From NCBI RefSeq assembly GCF_009914755.1, contig NC_060932.1: DNA of 64,000 nucleotides. One strand, written 5' to 3'. The stretch comes from the human T2T-CHM13v2.0 reference genome, Homo sapiens. Below are positions 42,101 through 53,800 of this stretch, one piece after another. The notes under the pieces were generated by a model. It saw only the letters and a program-made list of their open reading frames with translations, searched no databases and was not told the DNA's origin. The translations under genes and the position numbers were made by a program. The first letter of the stretch is position 1. Every line of letters begins with the position of its first letter.

Positions 42101-43201
42101 TTTTATAGTGTCTGGAAGCGGGCATTTGGAGCGCTTTCAGGTCTATGCTTAAAATAGGAAATATCTACCTACAGAAACTAGACAGAAGCATTCTGAGAAT
42201 CACGTTTGTGATGTGGGTACTCAACTAACAGTGTTGATCCATTCTTTTGATACAGCAGTTTTGAACCACACTTTTTGTAGAATCTGCAAGAGGATATTTG
42301 GATAGCTGTGAGGATTTCGTTGGAAACGGGAATGTCTTCAAAGAAAATCTAGACAGAAGCATTCTCAGAAACACCTTCGTGATGTTTGCAATCAAGTCAC
42401 AGAGTTGAACCTTCCGTTTCATAGAGCAGGTTGGAAACACTCTTATTGTAGTATCTGGAAGTGGACATTTGGAGCGCTTTCAGGCCTATGGTGAAAAAGG
42501 AAATATCTTCCCATAAAAACGACATAGAAGCTATCTCAGGAACTTGTTTATGATGCATCTAATCAACTAACAGTGTTGAACCTTTGTACTGACAGAGCAC
42601 TTTGAAACACTCTTTTTTTGGAATCTGCAAGTGGATATTTGGATCGCTTTGAGGATTTCGTTGGAAACGGGATGCAATATAAAACGTACACAGCAGCATA
42701 CTCAGAAAATACTTTGCCATGTTTCCATTCAAGTCACAGAGTGGAACATTCACATTCATAGAGCAGGTTGGAAACACTCTTTTTGGAGTATCTGGAAGTG
42801 GACATTTGGAGCGCTTTCTGAACTATGGTGAAAAAGGAAATATCTTCCAATGAAAACAAGACAGAAGCATTCTGAGAAACTTATTTGTGATGTGTGTCCT
42901 CAACAAACGGACTTGAACCTTTCGTTTCATGCAGTACTTCTGGAACACTCTTTTTGAAGATTCTGCATGCGGATATTTGGATAGCTTTGAGGATTTCGTT
43001 GGAAACGGGCTTACATGTAAAAATTAGACAGCAGCATTCTCAGAAACTTCTTTGTGGTGTCTGCATTCAAGTCACAGAATTGAACTTCCCCTCACATAGA
43101 GCAGTTGTGCAGCACTCTATTTGTAGTATCTGGAAGTGGACATTTGGAGGGCTTTGTAGCCTATCTGGAAAAAGGAAATATCTTCCCATGAATGCGAGAT
43201 A
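39133..43201 (+). repeat. Three 8-mer HORs (39133, 40489, 41846)
   Basis: Spacings 1356/1357/1356; 1-bp gain (TTTGGGGGATTT) near 41633. Confidence 0.95.
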
Positions 43202-44394
43202 GAAGTAATCTCAGAAACATGTTTATGCTGTATCTACTCAACTAACTGTGCTGAACATTTCTATTGATAGAGCAGTTTTGAGACACTCTTCCTTTGGAAT
43301 CTGCAAGTGGATATTTGGATAGATTTGAGGATTTCGTTGGAAACGGGATGATATATAAAAAGTAGACAGCAGCATTCTCAGAAACTTCTTTGTGATGTTT
43401 GCATCCAGCTCTCAGAGTTGAACATTCCCTTTCATAGAGTAGGTTTGAAACCCTCTTTTTATAGTGTCTGGAAGCGGGCATTTGGAGCGCTTTCAGGCCT
43501 ATGCTGAAAAAGGAAATATCTACCTATAGAAACTAGACAGAAGCATTCTGAGAATCACGTTTCTGATGTGGGTACTCAACTAACAGTGTTGATCCATTCT
43601 TTTGATACAGCAGTTTTGAACCACACTTTTTGTAGAATCTGCAAGTGGATATTTGGATAGCTGTGAGGATTTCGTTGGAAACGGGAATGTCTTCATAGAA
43701 AATTTAGACAGAAGCATTCTCAGAACCTTGATTGTGATGTGTGTTCTCCACTAACAGAGTTGAACCTTTCTTTTGACAGAACTGTTCTGAAACATTCTTT
43801 TTATAGAATCTGGAAGTGGATATTTGGAAAGCTTTGAGGATTTCGTTGGAAACGGGAATATCTTCAAATCAAATCTAGCCAGAAGCATTCTAAGAAACAT
43901 CTTAGGGATGTTTACATTCAAGTCACAGAGTTGAACATTCCCTTTCACAGAGCAGGTTTGAAACAATCTTCTCGTACTATCTGGCAGTGGACATTTTGAG
44001 CTCCTTGGGGCCTATGCTGAAAAAGGAAATATCTTCCGACAAAAACTAGACAGAAGCATTCGCAGAATCACGTTTGTGATGTGTGCACTCAACTGTCAGA
44101 ATTGAACCTTGGTTTGGACAGAGCACTTTTGAAACACTCTTTTTGTAGAATCTGCAGGTGGATATTTGGCTAGCTTTGAGGATTTCGTTGGAAACGGTAA
44201 TGTCTTCAAAGAAAATCTAGACAGAAGCATTCTCAGAAACACCTTCGTGATGTTTGCAATCAAGTCACAGAGTTGAACCTTCCGTTTCATAGAGCAGGTT
44301 GGAAACACTCTTTTTGTAGTATCTGGAAGTGGACATTTGGAGGGCTTTGTAGCCTATCTGGAAAAAGGAAATATCTTCCCATGAATGCGAGATA
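43202..44394 (+). repeat. One 7-mer HOR
   Basis: 1193 bp. Confidence 0.95.
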
Positions 44395-47300
44395 GAAGTA
44401 ATCTCAGAAACATGTTTATGCTGTATCTACTCAACTAACTGTGCTGAACATTTCTATTGATAGAGCAGTTTTGAGACACTCTTCTTTTGGAATCTGCAAG
44501 TGGATATTTGGATAGATTTGAGGATTTCGTTGGAAACGGGATTATATATAAAAAGTAGACAGCAGCATTCTCAGAAACTTCTTTGTGATGTTTGCATCCA
44601 GCTCTCAGAGTTGAACATTCCCTTTCATAGAGTAGGTTTGAAACCCTCTTTTTATAGTGTCTGGAAGCGGGCATTTGGAGCGCTTTCAGGCCTATGCTTA
44701 AAATAGGAAATATCTACCTACAGAAACTAGACAGAAGCATTCTGAGAATCTCGTTTGTGATGTGGGTACTCAACTAACAGTGTTGATCCATTCTTTTGAT
44801 ACAGCAGTTTTGAACCACACTTTTTGTAGAATCTGCAAGAGGATATTTGGATAGCTGTGAGGATTTCGTTGGAAACGGGAATGTCTTCAAAGAAAATCTA
44901 GACAGAATCATTCTGAGGAACACCTTCGTGATGTTTGCAATCAAGTCACAGAGTTGAACCTTCCGTTTCATAGAGCAGGTTGGAAACACTCTTATTGTAG
45001 TATCTGGAAGTGGACATTTGGAGCGCTTTCAGGCCTATGGTGAAAAAGGAAATATCTTCCCATAAAAACGACATAGAAGCTGTCTCAGGAACTTGTTTAT
45101 GATGCATCTAATCAACTAACAGTGTTGAACCTTTGTACTGACAGAGCAGTTTGAAACACTCTTTTTTTGGAATCTGCAAGTGGATATTTGGATCGCTTTG
45201 AGGATTTCGTTGGAAACGGGATGCAATATAAAACGTAAACAGCAGCATACTCAGAAAATACTTTGCCATATTTCCATTCAAGTCACAGAGTGGAACATTC
45301 ACATTCATAGAGCAGGTTTGAAACACTCTTTTTGGAGTATCTGGAAGTGGACATTTGGAGCGCTTTCTGAACTATGGTGAAAAAGGAAATATCTTCCAAT
45401 GAAAACAAGACAGAAGCATTCTGAGAAACTTATTTGTGATGTGTGTCCTCAACAAACGGACTTGAACCTTTCGTTTCATGCAGTACTTCTGGAACACTCT
45501 TTTTGAAGATTCTGCATGCGGATATTTGGATAGCTTTGAGGATTTCGTTGGAAACGGGCTTACATGTAAAAATTAGACAGCAGCATTCTCAGAAACTTCT
45601 TTGTGGTGTCTGCATTCAAGTCACAGAATTGAACTTCCCCTCACATAGAGCAGTTGTGCAGCACTCTATTTGTAGTATCTGGAAGTGGACATTTGGAGGG
45701 CTTTGTAGCCTATCTGGAAAAAGGAAATATCTTCCCATGAATGCGAGATAGAAGTAATCTCAGAAACATGTTTATGCTGTATCTACTCAACTAACTGTGC
45801 TGAACATTTCTATTGATAGAGCAGTTTTGAGACACTCTTCTTTTGGAATCTGCAAGTGGATATTTGGATAGATTTGAGGATTTCGTTGGAAACGGGATTA
45901 TATATAAAAAGTAGACAGCAGCATTCTCAGAAACATCTTTGTGATGTTTGCATCCAGCTCTCAGAGTTGAACATTCCCTTTCATAGAGTAGGTTTGAAAC
46001 CCTCTTTTTATAGTGTCTGGAAGCGGGCATTTGGAGCGCTTTCAGGCCTATGCTTAAAATAGGAAATATCTACCTACAGAAACTAGACAGAAGCATTCTG
46101 AGAATCACGTTTGTGATGTGGGTACTCAACTAACAGTGTTGATCCATTCTTTTGATACAGCAGTTTTGAACCACACTTTTTGTAGAATCTGCAAGAGGAT
46201 ATTTGGATAGCTGTGAGGATTTCGTTGGAAACGGGAATGTCTTCAAAGAAAATCTAGACAGAAGCATTCTCAGAAACACCTTCGTGATGTTTGCAATCAA
46301 GTCACAGAGTTGAACCTTCCGTTTCATAGAGCAGGTTGGAAACACTCTTATTGTAGTATCTGGAAGTGGACATTTGGAGCGCTTTCAGGCCTATGGTGAA
46401 AAAGGAAATATCTTCCCATAAAAACGACATAGAAGCTATCTCAGGAACTTGTTTATGATGCATCTAATCAACTAACAGTGTTGAACCTTTGTACTGACAG
46501 AGCAGTTTGAAACACTCTTTTTTTGGAATCTGCAAGTGGATATTTGGATCACTTTGAGGATTTCGTTGGAAACGGGATGCAATATAAAACGTACACAGCA
46601 GCATACTCAGAAAATACTTTGCCATGTTTCCATTCAAGTCACAGAGTGGAACATTCCCATTCATAGAGCAGGTTGGAAACACTCTTTTTGGAGTATCTGG
46701 AAGTGGACATTTGGAGCGCTTTCTGAACTATGGTGAAAAAGGAAATATCTTCCAATGAAAACAAGACAGAAGCATTCTGAGAAACTTATTTGTGATGTGT
46801 GTCCTCAACAAACGGACTTGAACCTTTCGTTTCATGCAGTACTTCTGGAACACTCTTTTTGAAGATTCTGCATGCGGATATTTGGATAGCTTTGGGGGAT
46901 TTCGTTGGAAACGGCCTTACATGTAAAAATTAGACAGCAGCATTCTCAGAAACTTCTTTGTGGTGTCTGCATTCAAGTCACAGAATTGAACTTCCCCTCA
47001 CATAGAGCAGTTGTGCAGCACTCTATTTGTAGTACCTGGAAGTGGACATTTGGAGGGCTTTGTAGCCTATCTGGAAAAAGGAAATATCTTCCCATGAATG
47101 CGAGATAGAAGTAATCTCAGAAACGTGTTTATGCTGTATCTACTCAACTAACTGTGCTGAACATTTCTATTGATAGAGCAGTTTTGAGACACTCTTCTTT
47201 TGGAATCTGCAAGTGGATATTTGGATAGATTTGAGGATTTCGTTGGAAACGGGATTATATATAAAAAGTAGACAGCAGCATTCTCAGAAACATCTTTGTG

Positions 47301-48463
47301 ATGTTTGCATCCAGCTCTCAGAGTTGAACATTCCCTTTCATAGAGTAGGTTTGAAACCCTCTTTTTATAGTGTCTGGAAGCGGGCATTTGGAGCGCTTTC
47401 AGGCCTATGCTTAAAATAGGAAATATCTACCTACAGAAACTAGACAGAAGCATTCTGAGAATCACGTTTGTGATGTGGGTACTCAACTAACAGTGTTGAT
47501 CCATTCTTTTGATACAGCAGTTTTGAACCACACTTTTTGTAGAATCTGCAAGAGGATATTTGGATAGCTGTGAGGATTTCGTTGGAAACGGGAATGTCTT
47601 CAAAGAAAATCTAGACAGAAGCATTCTCAGAAACACCTTCGTGATGTTTGCAATCAAGTCACAGAGTTGAACCTTCCGTTTCATAGAGCAGGTTGGAAAC
47701 ACTCTTATTGTAGTATCTGGAAGTGGACATTTGGAGCGCTTTCAGGCCTATGGTGAAAAAGGAAATATCTTCCCATAAAAACGACATAGAAGCTATCTCA
47801 GGAACTTGTTTATGATGCATCTAATCAACTAACAGTGTTGAACCTTTGTACTGACAGAGCAGTTTGAAACACTCTTTTTTTGGAATCTGCAAGTGGATAT
47901 TTGGATCGCTTTGAGGATTTCGTTGGAAACGGGATGCAATATAAAACGTACACAGCAGCATACTCAGAAAATACTTTGCCATATTTCCATTCAAGTCACA
48001 GAGTGGAACATTCCCATTCATAGAGCAGGTTGGAAACACTCTTTTTGGAGTATCTGGAAGTGGACATTTGGAGCGCTTTCTGAACTATGGTGAAAAAGGA
48101 AATATCTTCCAATGAAAACAAGACAGAAGCATTCTGAGAAACTTATTTGTGATGTGTGTCCTCAACAAACGGACTTGAACCTTTCGTTTCATGCAGTACT
48201 TCTGGAACACTCTTTTTGAAGATTCTGCATGCGGATATTTGGATAGCTTTGAGGATTTCGTTGGAAACGGGCTTACATGTAAAAATTAGACAGCAGCATT
48301 CTCAGAAACTTCTTTGTGGTGTCTGCATTCAAGTCACAGAATTGAACTTCCCCTCACATAGAGCAGTTGTGCAGCACTCTATTTGTAGTATCTGGAAGTG
48401 GACATTTGGAGGGCTTTGTAGCCTATCTGGAAAAAGGAAATATCTTCCCATGAATGCGAGATA
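44395..48463 (+). repeat. Three 8-mer HORs (44395, 45751, 47108)
   Basis: Spacings 1356/1357/1356; same 1-bp gain near 46895. Confidence 0.95.
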
Positions 48464-50849
48464 GAAGTAATCTCAGAAACATGTTTATGCTGTATCTACT
48501 CAACTAACAGTGCTGAACATTTCTATTGATAGAGCAGTTTTGAGACCCTCTTCTTTTGGAATCTGCAAGTGGATATTTGGATAGATTTGAGGATTTCGTT
48601 GGAAACGGGATTATATATAAAAAGTAGACAGCAGCATTCTCAGAAACTTCTTTGTGATGTTTGCATCCAGCTCTCAGAGTTGAACATTCCCTTTCATAGA
48701 GTAGGTTTGAAACCCTCTTTTTATAGTGTCTGGAAGCGGGCATTTGGAGCGCTTTCAGGCCTATGCTGAAAAAGGAGATATCTACCTATAGAAACTAGAC
48801 AGAAGCATTCTGAGAATCACGTTTGTGATGTGGGTACTCAACTAACAGTGTTGATCCATTCTTTTGATACAGCAGTTTTGAACCACACTTTTTGTAGAAT
48901 CTGCAAGTGGATATTTGGATAGCTGTGAGGATTTCGTTGGAAACGGGAATGTCTTCATAGAAAATTTAGAGAGAAGCATTCTCAGAACCTTGATTGTGAT
49001 GTGTGTTCTCCACTAACAGAGTTGAACCTTTCTTTTGACAGAACTGTTCTGAAACATTCTTTTTATAGAATCTGGAAGTGGATATTTGGAAAGCTTTGAG
49101 GATTTCGTTGGAAACGGGAATATCTTCAAATAAAATCTAGCCAGAAGCATTCTAAGAAACATCTTAGGGATGTTTACATTCAAGTCACAGAGTTGAACAT
49201 TCCCTTTCACAGAGCAGGTTTGAAACAATCTTCTCGTACTATCTGGCAGTGGACATTTTGAGCTCTTTGGGGCCTATGCTGAAAAAGGAAATATCTTCCG
49301 ACAAAAACTAGACAGAAGCATTCGCAGAATCACGTTTGTGATGTGTGCACTCAACTGTCAGAATTGAACCTTGGTTTGGAGAGAGCACTTTTGAAACACT
49401 CTTTTTGTAGAATCTGCAGGTGGATATTTGGCTAGCTTTGAGGATTTCGTTGGAAACGGTAATGTCTTCAAAGAAAATCTAGACAGAAGCATTCTCAGAA
49501 ACACCTTCGTGATGTTTGCAATCAAGTCACAGAGTTGAACCTTCCGTTTCATAGAGCAGGTTGGAAACACACTTTTTGTAGTATCTGGAAGTGGACATTT
49601 GGAGGGCTTTGTAGCCTATCTGGAAAAAGGAAATATCTTCCCATGAATGCGAGATAGAAGTAATCTCAGAAACATGTTTATGCTGTATCTACTCAACTAA
49701 CTGTGCTGAACATTTCTATTGATAGAGCAGTTTTGAGACACTCTTCTTTTGGAATCTGCAAGTGGATATTTGGATAGATTTGAGGATTTCGTTGGAAACG
49801 GGATTATATATAAAAAGTAGACAGCAGCATTCTCAGAAACTTCTTTGTGATGTTTGCATCTAGCTCCCAGAGTTGAACATTCCCTTTCATAGAGTAGTTT
49901 TGAAACCCTCTTTTTATAGTGTCTGGAAGCGGGCATTTGGAGCGCTTTCAGGCCTATGCTGAAAAAGGAAATATCTACCTATAGAAACTAGACAGAAGCA
50001 TTCTGAGAATCACGTTTGTGATGTGGGTACTCAACTAACAGTGTTGATCCATTCTTTTGATACAGCAGTTTTGAACCACACTTTTTGTAGAATCTGCAAG
50101 TGGATATTTGGATAGCTGTGAGGATTTCGTTGGAAACGGGAATGTCTTCATAGAAAATTTAGACAGAAGCATTCTCAGAACCTTGATTGTGATGTGTGTT
50201 CTCCACTAACAGAGTTGAACCTTTCTTTTGACAGAACTGTTCTGAAACATTCTTTTTATAGAATCTGGAAGTGGATATTTGGAAAGCTTTGAGGATTTCG
50301 TTGGAAACGGGAATATCTTCAAATCAAATCTAGCCAGAAGCATTCTAAGAAACATCTTAGGGATGTTTACATTCAAGTCACAGAGTTGAACATTCCCTTT
50401 CACAGAGCAGGTTTGAAACAATCTTCTCGTACTATCTGGCAGTGGACATTTTGAGCTCCTTGGGGCCTATGCTGAAAAAGGAAATATCTTCCGACAAAAA
50501 CTAGACAGAAGCATTCGCAGAATCACGTTTGTGATGTGTGCACTCAACTGTCAGAATTGAACCTTGGTTTGGAGAGAGCACTTTTGAAACACTCTTTTTG
50601 TAGAATCTGCAGGTGGATATTTGGCTAGCTTTGAGGATTTCGTTGGAAACGGTAATGTCTTCAAAGAAAATCTAGACAGAAGCATTCTCAGAAACACCTT
50701 CGTGATGTTTGCAATCAAGTCACAGAGTTGAACCTTCCGTTTCATAGAGCAGGTTGGAAACACTCTTTTTGTAGTATCTGGAAGTGGACATTTGGAGCGC
50801 TTTGTAGCCTATCTGGAAAAAGGAAATATCTTCCCATGAATGCGAGATA
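48464..50849 (+). repeat. Two 7-mer HORs (48464, 49657)
   Basis: 1193-bp spacing. Confidence 0.95.
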
Positions 50850-53800
50850 GAAGTAATCTCAGAAACATGTTTATGCTGTATCTACTCAACTAACTGTGCT
50901 GAACATTTCTATTGATAGAGCAGTTTTGAGACACTCTTCTTTTGGAATCTGCAAGTGGATATTTGGATAGATTTGAGGATTTCGTTGGAAACGGGATTAT
51001 ATATAAAAAGTAGACAGCAGCATTCTCAGAAACTTCTTTGTGATGTTTGCATCCAGCTCTCAGAGTTGAACATTCCCTTTCATAGAGTAGGTTTGAAACC
51101 CTCTTTTTATAGTGTCTGGAAGCGGGCATTTGGAGCGCTTTCAGGCCTATGCTTAAAATAGGAAATATCTACCTACAGAAACTAGACAGAAGCATTCTGA
51201 GAATCACGTTTGTGATGTGGGTACTCAACTAACAGTGTTGATCCATTCTTTTGATACAGCAGTTTTGAACCACACTTTTTGTAGAATCTGCAAGAGGATA
51301 TTTGGATAGCTGTGAGGATTTCGTTGGAAACGGGAATGTCTTCAAAGAAAATCTAGACAGAAGCATTCTCAGAAACACCTTCGTGATGTTTGCAATCAAG
51401 TCACAGAGTTGAACCTTCCGTTTCATAGAGCAGGTTGGAAACACTCTTATTGTAGTATCTGGAAGTGGACATTTGGAGCGCTTTCAGGCCTATGGTGAAA
51501 AAGGAAATATCTTCCCATAAAAACGACATAGAAGCTATCTCAGGAACTTGTTTATGATGCATCTAATTAACTAACAGTGTTGAACCTTTGTACTGACAGA
51601 GCACTTTGAAACACTCTTTTTTTGGAATCTGCAAGTGGATATTTGGATCGCTTTGAGGATTTCGTTGGAAACGGGATGCAATATAAAACGTACACAGCAG
51701 CATACTCAGAAAATACTTTGCCATATTTCCATTCAAGTCACAGAGTGGAACATTCCCATTCATAGAGCAGGTTGGAAACACTCTTTTTGGAGTATCTGGA
51801 AGTGGACATTTGGAGCGCTTTCTGAACTATGGTGAAAAAGGAAATATCTTCCAATGAAAACAAGACAGAAGCATTCTGAGAAACTTATTTGTGATGTGTG
51901 TCCTCAACAAACGGACTTGAACCTTTCGTTTCATGCAGTACTTCTGGAACACTCTTTTTGAAGATTCTGCATGCGGATATTTGGATAGCTTTGAGGATTT
52001 CGTTGGAAACGGGCTTACATGTAAAAATTAGACAGCAGCATTCTCAGAAACTTCTTTGTGGTGTCTGCATTCAAGTCACAGAATTGAACTTCCCCTCACA
52101 TAGAGCAGTTGTGCAGCACTCTATTTGTAGTATCTGGAAGTGGACATTTGGAGGGCTTTGTAGCCTATCTGGAAAAAGGAAATATCTTCCCATGAATGCG
52201 AGATAGAAGTAATCTCAGAAACATGTTTATGCTGTATCTACTCAACTAACTGTGCTGAACATTTCTATTGATAGAGCAGTTTTGAGACACTCTTCTTTTG
52301 GAATCTGCAAGTGGATACTTGGATAGATTTGAGGATTTCGTTGGAAACGGGATTATATATAAAAAGTAGACAGCAGCATTCTCAGAAACTTCTTTGTGAT
52401 GTTTGCATCCAGCTCTCAGAGTTGAACATTCCCTTTCATAGAGTAGGTTTGAAACCCTCTTTTTATAGTGTCTGGAAGCGGGCATTTGGAGCGCTTTCAG
52501 GCCTATGCTTAAAATAGGAAATATCTACCTATAGAAACTAGACAGAAGCATTCTGAGAATCACGTTTGTGATGTGGGTACTCAACTAACAGTGTTGATCC
52601 ATTCTTTTGATACAGCAGTTTTGAACCACACTTTTTGTAGAATCTGCAAGAGGATATTTGGATAGCTGTGAGGATTTCGTTGGAAACGGGAATGTCTTCA
52701 AAGAAAATCTAGACAGAAGCATTCTCAGAAACACCTTCGTGATGTTTGCAATCAAGTCACAGAGTTGAACCTTCCGTTTCATAGAGCAGGTTGGAAACAC
52801 TCTTATTGTAGTATCTGGAAGGGGACATTTGGAGCGCTTTCAGGCCTATGGTGAAAAAGGAAATATCTTCCCATAAAAACGACATAGAAGCTGTCTCAGG
52901 AACTTGTTTATGATGCATCTAATCAACTAACAGTGTTGAACCTTTGTACTGACAGAGCAGTTTGAAACACTCTTTTTTTGGAATCTGCAAGTGGATATTT
53001 GGATCGCTTTGAGGATTTCGTTGGAAACGGGATGCAATATAAAACGTACACAGCAGCATACTCAGAAAATACTTTGCCATATTTCCATTCAAGTCACAGA
53101 GTGGAACATTCCCATTCATAGAGCAGGTTTGAAACACTCTTTTTGGAGTATCTGGAAGTGGACATTTGGAGCGCTTTCTGAACTATGGTGAAAAAGGAAA
53201 TATCTTCCAATGAAAACAAGACAGAAGCATTCTGAGAAACTTATTTGTGATGTGTGTCCTCAACAAACGGACTTGAACCTTTCGTTTCATGCAGTACTTC
53301 TGGAACACTCTTTTTGAAGATTCTGCATGCGGATATTTGGATAGCTTTGAGGATTTCGTTGGAAACGGGCTTACATGTAAAAATTAGACAGCAGCATTCT
53401 CAGAAACTTCTTTGTGGTGTCTGCATTCAAGTCACAGAATTGAACTTCCCCTCACATAGAGCAGTTGTGCAGCACTCTATTTGTAGTATCTGGAAGTGGA
53501 CATTTGGAGGGCTTTGTAGCCTATCTGGAAAAAGGAAATATCTTCCCATGAATGCGAGATAGAAGTAATCTGAGAAACATGTTTATGCTGTATCTACTCA
53601 ACTAACTGTGCTGAACATTTCTATTGATAGAGCAGTTTTGAGACCCTCTTCTTTTGGAATCTGCAAGTGGATATTTGGATAGATTTGAGGATTTCGTTGG
53701 AAACGGGATTATATATAAAAAGTAGACAGCAGCATTCTCAGAAACTTCTTTGTGATGTTTGCATCCAGCTCTCAGAGTTGAACATTCCCTTTCATAGAGT

